DNA from: Macrostomum lignano
Taxonomy: Eukaryota
Length of the DNA: 64,000 nt
Direction of reading: 5' to 3'
NCBI GenBank assembly: GCA_002269645.1
Contig: NIVC01002977.1
Coordinates: forward strand, 62,001-126,000
Position numbers and translations under genes: made by a program
Shown: positions 26,736-37,440 of the stretch, piece by piece
Layout of the letters: each line of letters begins with the position of its first letter
Position numbering within the stretch: the stretch's first letter is position 1
Notes under the pieces: model-generated
The model's database searches: none
Seen by the model: only the letters and a program-made list of their open reading frames with translations
What the model was told of the DNA's origin: nothing

Positions 26736-28310
26736 ATGCTGTCATCACGAATTCTGGAAAAAATCATTGGCTCTCGCGCCGGACACCGCGGCCAGACTGA
26801 ATACCAGGCTAAATTCAAGAGCTGCGCCGCCTCCGCCAGCTACGTCTGGGCCACCGAAGCCGACATCATCACCCACTGCCCGCAGAACCGCCAGCTGCTG
26901 GAGCAGTTCAAGCGGACCAACCGGCACAGCCGGGTGCTCGGAGCTGATGAGGCCGCCTCGGCCCTCGCCCGCAAGCGCTCGCACCAAAGCCTGACGGAAG
27001 ACCAGCTGGCCAAGCGGCGCCACACCTCGGCCAGCTCAGCTGACAAAACGCCCGAGTACGAGCAGCAGCCGCGCCACCCGCCCGGCAGCCGGCGGGCCCG
27101 CATAGAGAAAATGTGCACCGCCAGGAAGCGCAAGGAGAAGCTGCACAGCAGCACAAAAGAAATAACTGGCGCCAGCCTACTGCAGCGCACCGACCCTGGC
27201 AGGAGCCGCGCCCCCGGGCCCAGCGGCCTGGTTGCCACCCGCAAAGGCCAGCAGCAGCCGGTCCTGCCGGATTTCCAGAGGTCCGACAGCTTGGCGCAGG
27301 CGCTCAGCCGCCCGTCGCCCGTCAGTTCCAGTGCCGGCGCACTTCGCCAGCTTTGCTGCAGCGACGCCGTTGCCGCCGCCTCGGCTAAACTCGCCGCCAA
27401 ATCGGCGTCGGCACCGAGTTTGAGCAACCTCCAGCGCCTTCTGGCCGCCGGCGACCCGGCCACCCTGTTCGCCGCCGCCAGCTTGGCCAGCGCCGCCACG
27501 CTGAACAGCAAGTTTGCCGGCTCCGGCCGCCTGCTGCACTCAGCCGCTCGGGCGGACCGGCGCTCCGCCGACCTCCTGCTGGCCCTGCTGGCTGCTGGCG
27601 CCGAGGCCGACGCAGCCGAAGCCAGCGGCATCACCCCGCTGATGCTGGCCGCACAGGCTGGCGATGCCACCGCCGTGCACCATCTGCTGCATTTCGGCGC
27701 GCGGCCGGACACCGGCGGAGACCAGACCGCCTCCGCCCTGCTGCTGGCCGCCCGCTCCAACCACTGGGATGTCGCGGCCGGGCTGCTGTTCCACGGTGCC
27801 GAGTTCGACCAGCTGCTTAGGCGGGTGACCGCCTCCCAGCTGGCCAGCTGGACGGACCGCCTGGCCGAGCCGCTGCTCAGCGCGCTGCGCCGCGTCACCG
27901 GCCGGCCGTCCAGCTTTGTCAGCGTCCAGCCGCCGCATCTGTTCGGCGTGGCGCCCGGCGCCAGGTGCGCCTTTGAATTCGTCAGCCCAGAAGGCCTGGC
28001 AGAAACGGACACCCGCCTGCTGCTGGCCGGCCTCATGGAGCTCAACGGCCGCGGCGGCGTCCGGCTCCGCCGGGTGGCCGGCTGCCAGCTGCTCGCCCGC
28101 CTGGAGCTGAACGGTCGCGAGCTCGAGCCCGAGCCCAGCAAGGACTGCCTCTACGTCTACAGAATTGACGAAGTCGGCGCGCCTCCCGGCCAGATCAACC
28201 GGGTGCACCTGGTCATGCGGCCGGAGTGTCCGGCCCGCTGCCGGCTCCGCCTGGTGCTGCTGCCGGCCGCCTGCACCCAGCCGCGCGGACCCGACGCCGG
28301 TGCCGCCTGA
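26736..28310 (+). CDS. MPP8-like protein paralog A: degenerate chromodomain, ankyrin repeats, C-terminal beta domain (524 aa, intronless)
   Basis: The N-terminus ILEKIIGSR..EYQAKF....YVWATE resembles a chromodomain. About 3 ankyrin repeats (LLHSAAR, GITPLMLAAQAG, SALLLAARSNH). The C-terminus shares SVQPP, LELNG, PPGQINRVHL and RLRLVL with paralog B. ATG at 26736 follows the acceptor-like TTTTGCCTTCCAG (ending 26730). Confidence 0.75.
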   Translation: MLSSRILEKIIGSRAGHRGQTEYQAKFKSCAASASYVWATEADIITHCPQNRQLLEQFKRTNRHSRVLGADEAASALARKRSHQSLTEDQLAKRRHTSASSADKTPEYEQQPRHPPGSRRARIEKMCTARKRKEKLHSSTKEITGASLLQRTDPGRSRAPGPSGLVATRKGQQQPVLPDFQRSDSLAQALSRPSPVSSSAGALRQLCCSDAVAAASAKLAAKSASAPSLSNLQRLLAAGDPATLFAAASLASAATLNSKFAGSGRLLHSAARADRRSADLLLALLAAGAEADAAEASGITPLMLAAQAGDATAVHHLLHFGARPDTGGDQTASALLLAARSNHWDVAAGLLFHGAEFDQLLRRVTASQLASWTDRLAEPLLSALRRVTGRPSSFVSVQPPHLFGVAPGARCAFEFVSPEGLAETDTRLLLAGLMELNGRGGVRLRRVAGCQLLARLELNGRELEPEPSKDCLYVYRIDEVGAPPGQINRVHLVMRPECPARCRLRLVLLPAACTQPRGPDAGAA

Positions 28311-28396
28311 GCTGCCCGCGGCCCGGAAGGGGGCCTCCGCCACCGGACTCTGGAAGATTTTTGGAATTGATCTCGCATCAAGTCACGAACGTTTTG

Positions 28397-28402
28397 AATA
28401 AA
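28397..28402 (+). terminator. Polyadenylation signal of paralog A
   Basis: AATAAA about 87 nt after the stop codon. Confidence 0.5.
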
Positions 28403-28904
28403 CATTGGCCTCTACCTGCGGCTTTTTAGAAAAAATTATCAACTGGGCCCTGCACATTTAATGCTATTTGAACCCCCTGGAGCCCCAAATTTATTCACCC
28501 GCGTGTTTTAACTCGAGCCAGTCTTACAGTTTTCTTTTTCTGTTTCTAGTTTGTGTTTTACTCGAAGCAGTTTGACTTTTGTGTGCCCTCTGTGCGAGCG
28601 TACTTACCTTATTTGGTATGCAGCGTTCCTGGTTACTGGTTACTCTGATTACTGTTAGTTCCAAATGTTGTCTTGATGGTTTTGGGCCATTGCTTACTAT
28701 CCAATCGCACTTGTAAAAGGCTTGCAACAATAAACTTGGATAGATGCTTCTGCTGCTAGTAGCGACCTGTCCCACTGGCTCTGCAGGTGCAACTCGCGCT
28801 CCAGTAGTTACTCATTTAAACAGTGAAGGCAAACCTTGGACCATTAGGCTAGAACCGTAGTTCTTGTTCCTGTCCCAACTGGCATCTTCATATGCCTAAC
28901 ATCC

Positions 28905-29580
28905 TCAGATCCCAGCTGGCACAAATCAGATCCCAGCTAGCACACATCAGATCCCAGGATTCCCAGTTAGCACACATCAGATCCCAGCTAATGCACATTA
29001 GATCCCAGCTAGCGCACATCATATGCTAGCTGGCACAAATCAGATCCCAGCTAGCACACATTAAATCCCAGGATTCCCAGTTAGCACACATCAGATCCCA
29101 GGATTCCCAGTTAGCACACATCAGATCCCAGCTAATGCACATTAGATCCCAGCTAGCGCACATCAGATGCCAGCTGGCAGAAATCAGATCCCAGCTAGCA
29201 CACATTAGATCCCAGCTGGCAAACATTAGATCCCAGCTAGCACAAACAAATCAGATCCCAGCTAGCACAAATCAGATCCCAGCTAGCACAAATCAGATCC
29301 CAGCTGGCACAAATCAGATCCCAGCTGGCACAAATCAGATCCCAGCTGGCACAAATCAGATCCCAGCTGGCACAGATCAGATCCCAGCTGGCACACATTA
29401 GATCCCAGCTGGCACGCATTAGATCCCAGCTGGCACACATCAGATCCCAGCTGGCACAGATCAGATCCCAGCTGGCACAAATCAGATCCCAGCTGGCACA
29501 AATCAGATCCCAGCTGGCACACATCAGATCCCAGCCGGCACACATCAGATCCCTGCTGGTACACATCAGATCCCAGACAG
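28905..29580. repeat. 21-bp minisatellite between the two MPP8-like genes
   Basis: About 30 copies of AGATCCCAGCTGGCACAAATC and variants. Confidence 0.95.
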
Positions 29581-29666
29581 CGCTCCACAAAGTACGGGTT
29601 ACGCTTAGAATATCCAAGCGAGCTGTAATATCCGGCTGCTCAAATTCAACGACCGGAACCCTTCAG

Positions 29667-31955
29667 GTGGACTCGAACGAGGAGGGCTCGCTGTCCGACA
29701 GCAGCGGCGAGGAGTTTGAGATCGAGCGCGTGCTCGACCGGCGCAGAAACTCGAGCACGGGCGCTATCGAGTACCTGGTGAAGTGGGCGGGCGACTGGGG
29801 CGCGGACAGCTGCCAGTGGCTGGAGGAGGCCAGCCTGGCCAACGCGCAGGAGGCCGTGCGCGCCTTCCTACAGCGAAGCTCCAACAAGGCGGCCACGGCC
29901 GAGCCCGCTAGCTCCACTACGACCAGCAAGGCGGCGAAGCGGCTTCCAAGGCAGCAGCCGCCGCCTCCCCGCAGACAGGCGTTCATCCTGTCCGACCGCG
30001 ACTGCAGCGACGAAGACGGAGAGGTTAAGCCGCGAAAGTCCTCTTCGAAAACTTCTTCGAAAAAGAAGAAGCATAAAAAGAAGAAGACAGACGAGGCCGC
30101 TGCGGCCGCCGGCACACGAGAGGACGGCGCAGAATTCGAAGAAGGCGAAATCTCCGACGACAGCTCGTCGGCTGTGCGGCGCAGGAGCAGCGGCCGGAGC
30201 CGAAGCGGGAAGCATCGCAAACGGCACCGGGAAGAGCGAAGCGGGAAGGCCCAGTCGGCTGCGGCTGAGTCGACCACTGCGAAGGCGCAAGTGCAGCAGG
30301 CGGAGTCGCAACTGCAACCGCCCCTGGCGCAAGCACAACCACCGGTTTTAGAAGTGCAACAGCGGGAGTCAGAAATACAACAGCCAAAGCCGCAGGTGCA
30401 GCAGCCGCAATCTAAGGCATTTATAATTGCTGCACCGGCCTACAATGCTGACGACGGCGCTGATGATGACGATGACGAAGACGACGAAACGCCGTTCTCG
30501 GAGCTGCGCATCGCCGAATCTGGCGACACACCGTCGGAAGGCGACGGCGACTGCGAAGCAGACGGGGATAGAGACGGCGATGAAATTGACGCTGCAGATG
30601 GCGATGGCGGCGGTGCCGAGCAGCTGGCCGACCAGGCTGACGAAGACTTGGACAATGGCAATGACATCAGCGAGGAGGCGGGCGGCAGTGCAGCTACAGG
30701 CCCTAGCGATCCTCGCCGGCTGCACGGAGCGGCGGCTCAGGCAGCTACCGACGGCCGGGCGTCGCTGCCCTCAGGCGCGGTGATCCGCAAGCGCCAGACC
30801 AAGCTGCTGAGCTTCGCCGGACGCGAAATCCCGCAGCCGAAGTCTGCGGCCGGTGCCGGCCAAGCATCGGAGCCCGATGCCGCTGCTGCCGCGGCCAAGT
30901 CGGCCCGGTCCGAGTCCGACGCCTTGAAGGCCACGCTGGCCTCCGAGCTGGTGAAACCGGCGCGGCAGGTGCACGGCAGCCCGGCGGACATAATGCGGAC
31001 CCTCCTGGCCGAGCGGGACGCCGAATTCCCGCCACGCCTGCTGGGCGAAAAGGAGCTGCTGGAGCTGGTGCGGAACCCGGACCGGCCGCTGGCGGCGCTG
31101 AGCCAGGCGCTGCGGCATCCCGACTGTCCCAGCTTGAACAAGATTCCGGAGAGCCGCACCAGCTGGCTGCTGCACTGCGCAGCCAAGTGCGGCCTTACGG
31201 AGGCCCTGCAGCTGCTGCTGCAGTTCGGCGCCGACCCCGACCTGCCGGAGCGCCGCACGGGCCGGACGGCCCTCATGACAGCTGCCGGCCTCGGCCTGCA
31301 GATCGCCTGCGAGCTTCTGCTGCAGGCCCGGGCCAGCCTGGAGCTGCGGGACCACCGGGGCGACACGGCGCTGCTGCGATCGGCGCGCCTGGGGCAGTTC
31401 CCCACTATGCGCTACCTGCTGTGGCGCGGGGCCGAGTTCGCCGAGCTCTGGCCCGGCCGGATTGCCGACCTCCCCGAGGAGGCCACGAAGACAGCCCGAC
31501 TGTGGGCCCACGAGCTGCAGGGCCTGCTGCTGAACGAGATCGAATCCGTGGTCAGAAACTGCCTGCCCGGGGCCCTGCTGACCTGCTCCGTGTCCCCGCC
31601 CTTCGTTGTCAGCCCCAGCGCCGGCCTGCGCCGCGTCCTGTCCTTCAGCACCCCAGAGGACCTGAAGGAGGGCCCGGCGGGCCGCTGCTTGGACTGCCTG
31701 TTCATTGCCGTGGCCGACTTCCCCGGAAACGGCGCCGCCCACCCCATGCTTTCCGGCCCGGACATGGTGTCCGGCGTGAAGCTCAATGGGGTTGTGCAGC
31801 CCAGCTTCACGCCCCCGCATCACTTCCTGACTGGCTGTCAGCCGCTGCGGCCGCCGGGCGAGCTTAACGAGCTAGAACTGCAGCTGCTACGGGAGAACGA
31901 AGGCATGAGCCAGCTGCGGGTGCTGCTGCAGGCCTACAGACTCTCTCTGGACTGA
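29667..31955 (+). CDS. MPHOSPH8: M-phase phosphoprotein 8 (MPP8)-like protein, paralog B: chromodomain, charged low-complexity region, ankyrin repeats, C-terminal beta domain
   Basis: Canonical chromodomain EEFEIERVLDRR..EYLVKWAGDW...QWLEE. K/S/D/E/Q-rich linker. Ankyrins (LLHCAAKCG, GRTALMTAAGLG, GDTALLRSARLG). The C-terminus LFIAVADFPG..LSGPDMVSGVKLNG..HHF..NELELQL..LLQAYRLSLD aligns by eye with the vertebrate MPP8 C-terminus as recalled (not searched). The ORF begins GTG directly after the acceptor CTTCAG. Confidence 0.75.
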   Translation: MDSNEEGSLSDSSGEEFEIERVLDRRRNSSTGAIEYLVKWAGDWGADSCQWLEEASLANAQEAVRAFLQRSSNKAATAEPASSTTTSKAAKRLPRQQPPPPRRQAFILSDRDCSDEDGEVKPRKSSSKTSSKKKKHKKKKTDEAAAAAGTREDGAEFEEGEISDDSSSAVRRRSSGRSRSGKHRKRHREERSGKAQSAAAESTTAKAQVQQAESQLQPPLAQAQPPVLEVQQRESEIQQPKPQVQQPQSKAFIIAAPAYNADDGADDDDDEDDETPFSELRIAESGDTPSEGDGDCEADGDRDGDEIDAADGDGGGAEQLADQADEDLDNGNDISEEAGGSAATGPSDPRRLHGAAAQAATDGRASLPSGAVIRKRQTKLLSFAGREIPQPKSAAGAGQASEPDAAAAAAKSARSESDALKATLASELVKPARQVHGSPADIMRTLLAERDAEFPPRLLGEKELLELVRNPDRPLAALSQALRHPDCPSLNKIPESRTSWLLHCAAKCGLTEALQLLLQFGADPDLPERRTGRTALMTAAGLGLQIACELLLQARASLELRDHRGDTALLRSARLGQFPTMRYLLWRGAEFAELWPGRIADLPEEATKTARLWAHELQGLLLNEIESVVRNCLPGALLTCSVSPPFVVSPSAGLRRVLSFSTPEDLKEGPAGRCLDCLFIAVADFPGNGAAHPMLSGPDMVSGVKLNGVVQPSFTPPHHFLTGCQPLRPPGELNELELQLLRENEGMSQLRVLLQAYRLSLD

Positions 31956-32144
31956 CTCTTTATGGTGCCCCTTCATTCTGTCTGCATTTCAAGTAAAAAC
32001 TTTAGCTTTTATTAATTTGAGTGTAATAATATTTTGCTCAATTTTTTACAGTAGAGTTGAGATCACACAAATTGAAGTTAAACTCCAGGAATCATTAACC
32101 CATTTAATTCAACTGCTTAGATTTGGTACAGAGTAGACGAGTCA

Positions 32145-32150
32145 AATAAA
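32145..32150 (+). terminator. Candidate polyadenylation signal of paralog B
   Basis: AATAAA about 190 nt after the stop codon. Confidence 0.4.
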
Positions 32151-33488
32151 AAATGTCTTTGTCTGCGACTGGCTCCAGTCTTGAGGAGCTGGCATTGAAT
32201 TACGAGTGTAGCTAAAGTTTCCGATAACCTAAAGTTTCTAAAGCTCAAGAAATGGTGCGGCGAAGCGAAACTCTTTGAATCATTATTTTTGGATAGATGA
32301 TCTGGAAATTGTTTGCTTCTTCACAGCCTGCCAACGGCTGGAAAACAATGCCGAGTTCTACATCTATCATCCCTACATGTACGTTAAATACCGACCATTC
32401 ACATCCACTTTAATAAAAATGATTCCTGATATTCACTTCTCTATAAATCCTGAGCTCATGGCTTGGCTCCTCCCACTGACACCGCCCTTCTGATAATAAT
32501 ACGGGTTACGTCTTTAGTGTTTATGTTTATAAATCCACCAGGAGAAAGGTAGCTTAGAGAGTGATGCCAGAATGCTAGAATTTCACAAAAAGGGCTGATG
32601 CGTACAGAGAGCGATGGATTGACCTCCCCCCAACTGTTCCAATGCAAACTAACAAGCTTTAACTAGGGTTTCTCTCCACCCCATAGAAACAGTATAGTTC
32701 TAAAGTTAGGGAAATACATGTACGTCCCCCATTTCCATTGCCTATAAAACCTGCCGTTGCTATACATGAAACCATGCGAACAAACAGATTCTAAATAAAA
32801 ATAGACCACAGCCTCAACTCCGAGCGGCACCCCCCTCCCTCAGAACCTATCGTTTAGGCTCAACTTAAGAATTCTAGATAATATCAAAGTTATCGTGTTC
32901 AACTATTTAAAATTGATGGAAGCCTTTATTTGACTTCAGAAGACAGAGAGCTCCAAACGAGTTGCTAATGCAATAGAAGCGGAGAGTGGAGACTCAGCCG
33001 CAATCCGAGATCGATGATCGAGTCAGCTTTATAGGGTGTTTCCTATGCAGCCGGCAGCAGATAAAACCTATTCAGTAATACTGAGATCAATTAATTTTAT
33101 CTCAAAGTCTACTACTCATTTTGAAGCGATTAATTCTGGACACGGAACGCAATTAAAGAATTGTTACTTATTTCTGTTTTAACGTGCTAATTTTCTCTTC
33201 TAGATTTTATTTGCATCACATTAAATTTTCTTGCTTTTAGCTAAGCTTTCTAAAATGTGAATATTCATTCATAAATGAACGCCTGGAACTGCATAAAGCA
33301 TATCCTGTTAACTGTTTTCTACTATATTACGTATTTATTGTAAAACAAAGTTAAAGCACCAATATCATATAGAACTAAAAAACGTAAAATATGATAAATA
33401 AATTTGCTTAATAGATGAAATCTATTGTTCTTTTAGCATTTCAAAAACTAATTATTTATCTATTATTTTCGAAAACGCGTTTTTCAAA

Positions 33489-36462
33489 TGGTCACTCTAA
33501 TTTGAGGGGTGGGCCCGAGCTGTCCAGACGTAGGGTCTGTATAAAAGCAGGGCACCATTGGCACATTGGACACCCCTTATGTTAACAAAAATCGAGTTTT
33601 GATCGTTGTTTTGCTTGAATAAATATACTTTGGCTTTCGAATAAAAATGTAAATATTTATTTATAATTGCACTTTTTCATATACTTCTAACAACCATGAG
33701 ATTGGTAGTATCAACAAGTTTTATTCTACATTTAAATTCATTTCTTATCTTGCTTTATTGTCGAACTACTTTCGGTACGTCATTTTCATTTACCTAGTTG
33801 GTGCACTTACAGAAAACATAGAAACATTAAATGCCGTTTCTTGTCCTCAATAAACGTTGGAAAAAGTGAGCAGCAGACTAGTTGCAGAATTTTATTGCCG
33901 GACATGGCATATTTGACTATTTGCAGCTGCTCTGGCTTGTTTACTGCCTTTCCATAAATCAACAGCAATGGTGAAAGTGAATCTAATCCTTCTCTCTCTC
34001 TCTCCCATAATGTTAATGTTTGATTTGCTGTTAATATGGATTTTTAAAATCCCCCGTGTCTTAAATAAAAAACGAATAATTTTTTAAGTTGTGATTTCCA
34101 TCAAAATGCAATTAATTAATGTTTTAAAAACATTTAAACTCAATAAATTATTTATTCTCTTATCAAATAGAATCCAACTCTAGAATCTTTTTCAAGGAAG
34201 GAATACTAACTATCCTTAATATTCAATATGCATGATAATAAAGCAGTGCATTACTTTTTCAATTTAGAGAATCTAACAAGGAAATAAATATAATTTAGTA
34301 CAGTACCATTGTAAGCAAAAAACCATAAGTTTACAGGTACAATTTTTTGTAAAGATAGATACAGCGGAAAATTAAAATTTGACAAAAGAATACCACAAAC
34401 ACTAAAAATGGGGAGAAAAAGTATTACAAACATTGGCATTAATAAAAAAGTAATAAATATTGCAGCTGAGCAAATGAAATTAGCAATTAAACAATGCAAT
34501 GAGTTAAATGATAAATAACAAAGAAATGCTAAATAACATCTAGCAATGTATATTAAAGCAATTGAAGTGCACTCTGAGTTGAAAGGCTTACAACTCATAA
34601 AGTACAGTTTAAATGCAATGTAACTTTTTATTTATTTGTAACTTTATAACAATAGAAATCATTACCATAAGCAATTGTATGAAAAGTTGCTATTAATAGT
34701 CTTATGTACTTTATCTCTACTCTAAGAGCTAACTTTCTATAAATATATATGATTCCTTGTATAAAATTAGGGATTCTTTAAAAAATTCATGCTGCAATAT
34801 GCATATATCACACTCTTGACCCAAGAAAATTATTGAAAGTGGTCAACCAATTAGCACAAAAAAATTATAGACGGCTGTAATGGTGCAAGTGGTGTTTCGG
34901 CACACCACTTAAATTAAAGTTGAAATTTTTGGAGCAGTTACACTAAAGAAAATTATTATTTTATAAAATTAAGAGAGGCTAATAAAATTAGTAGGGCTTG
35001 AATTGAATAATATGCTGTGAAGACTCAAACTTGTAAGCCAAGAAGGCTAGAATTAGGGTTAGCAATTAGGCAATTAGGCGAACTATAGACATTAAGGAAT
35101 GTGTAAGTATTAAATAAATAAATCATGCAGGTGCTAATAGTAGCTTAAAACCTATCACTTGGTCCCTTAGAATGCCATAATTTTGGACATTAGAATTAAA
35201 ATATAGTGTTTTACTGATTGGGAACTTGTTCTTATTGGAAAACTTCTCATAAATATAGAAATATTAATATAAACAATACGAATAAATTTGCCTATTAAAA
35301 CTTTGTGGCATTTGTAGGATTTTAGAAGAAGGAAGTATACCCTGCAACATACGTGCAGAATATTTATGTGCTAAAGGATTTAGGTCTGAAATAAATGACA
35401 ATAAATGTTATGTGAAGATGGTTTATATGTTGTTTTTTCAAAGCGTCACATATAAACTTTCAGTAAAAAGACTTCTTGGTCTGTGAGGTAGATTTTTTAC
35501 TTATATGCTTGCATTTTTTAACTCATAATTTAAATGATTAGCACAATTTCTTAAATATCATGACTTGGCAAATTATTCATAATAATGTTTTCTTAAAAGG
35601 ATTGTATATAAAGAAGAGACTGTAATTTGAACTTTCACTGAGTAGCTATTCCTTTTTTTGTTGGTTGAAATCATACAAAAAGTAATTGAACTAATAAAAG
35701 AAGAAGCTTGGAAATTATTAATTTAATCATCATCTTACAAAGTAAAAAAAACTTTTTGGGTGCAATTTTTTCATCAAATAATCTGCCAATGTATTAACTT
35801 TTTTAATATAGAAATACTTGCAATTTGGAATATCCAAAGTTCGTTCTTCATGAAGTAATCCTAACAAAATAAGTTGTGGTTTTTTGATAAGAGCAGAATG
35901 CTTCATCATTTTATGGAAAATTGAGTTCTGACTATTAGTTTGATCATTTCATATATCAGGCATATTTAGCATTAAATCGGTACGCCTGTAGTACAGAACC
36001 TTCGGGGTAGTAAAATCACAGTGTAATAGCATTGCAAGCTGCAGTTTTTGCATGTGCGATTATTTTAAAAAATCGAATGCCAAATTAAACATGTACAAAA
36101 AACGATAATACAAAGAATATTTAACAAATCATCTATCACGAAAGCAAGGATGTCATTTCTATTATTATCAATTTTTTAAATTATTTAAAAGTATCTCCGC
36201 AAGTTTATTCTGCATTTTCATATCTAATTTTGTTATAAAAAGGGGTGTCCAATGTGTCCAATGTGCCAGTGCCAGCTTTTATACACACCCTCCAGACGTA
36301 CGTCAATAAAAAAAGATGCTTAATTTTAACAACGTTTTCCTTTCCAACGCACATTCTTGCTGATTGGTTAAAATAACCATAATAGATAATCAGAAATGCG
36401 CTAATGCAAATAATTTATCTCGTCCCCTCGTCCCTTCGTCCCCCCTCAAATTAGAGTGACCC
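33489..36462. mobile_element. Mutator/MULE-like non-autonomous element (~3 kb)
   Basis: 20-bp TIR GGTCACTCTAATTTGAGGGG (33490; revcomp ending 36461). A second inverted block TGTATAAAAGC..TGGCACATTGGACACCCCT (~33540-33575 vs ~36241-36290). 9-bp flanks TTTTTCAAA and TTTTTCGAA (8/9). No recognisable ORF. Confidence 0.75.
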
Positions 36463-37020
36463 TTTTTCGAACTATGGTAAACAGCCAATGCAGCTGGCTA
36501 CAGCTTTTTTGTATGCAATTAACTGATTAGAGCAACATGTTTTGAATGACAGGATTATAACAAAAGCTGTTAATGATTATATATTTAAGTAGCAAAGAGC
36601 ATAATTGAATGGTTAGAAAAGTAAATACATTTTTAAAAAATAATCTTTAGAAACATGTGCCAGTGCCAGAGAATATATATTATTCTACATTCTAGATTCT
36701 ACTCTATGTAGAATAGAATGATATATATGCCAACATATGCAGTAATATGCCAACAATTTTTGTATGCTAGTCAATATACCTATTCTAGTATATAGGTTAT
36801 CACTTTCCTAAATATGGCTTTTTTTCTATGTCAAATTTAACTTTAAGAAAAAATTTATTTTGACTGATAATTTTTATGCATATAAACAAAAATATGTATT
36901 TGCAAATTGGCATACATGGTGCATACATAGCATAGCAATAGCCCAGTGCCCCAGTAGAAAATTTCAGTATATAATGTGGTGGTATAGTGGCGCAACTAGG
37001 GAAGGGCCCATAGTCTAGAT

Positions 37021-37440
37021 CATGGCAGGGTGTATGCCAAACAAAAACTTGATGGATCCACAGTTTGTACGCCAATGTATGCCGAATTTTTTCTGCCTTC
37101 CCTAACTGTACGCCACTTTTACAGATACAAATTTCCTACTTCAAAACTATTTAATGATTCAATTATTCGAATATTAAAATTATTCAATAGAACAATAGAT
37201 GGGAATATATTTTGTTAAAGTGAATGTATTTCTAACATAAATTCCATTTTTTACATTATCGTGCAAATTCCTAAAAAATACCAATGTTTATGTATATTAC
37301 ATTGCAAGTTGCAACAGCAACAGTGTGTATGCCACTTAGGCCAATAGGTAGGGCCCAATTTTTTGGTTGTACGCCTATGTACACCAATAGGGTTAGCAAG
37401 GGGTGACTGTACGCCAAATTAATTTGGCATACAGGCCATG
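37021..37440. mobile_element. hAT-like MITE nested in an older element (~36985-37693)
   Basis: Inverted ends CATGGC..TGTATGCCAAA. Internal TGTA(C/T)GCC repeats. The flanks GTCTAGAT and ATCCGGAC both resemble the palindromic hAT target GTCTAGAC. Confidence 0.5.

Noticed and set aside
26840-31867. Long antisense or alternate-frame ORFs over the MPP8-like genes (433, 267, 350, 226 aa etc.)
   Set aside because: Expected shadows of very GC-rich coding sequence; no domain motifs.
32682-33047. CATAG...CTATG-ended candidate hAT MITE
   Set aside because: The TIR match is short and imperfect and the flanks (CTCCACCC vs CAGCCGGC) are not a TSD.
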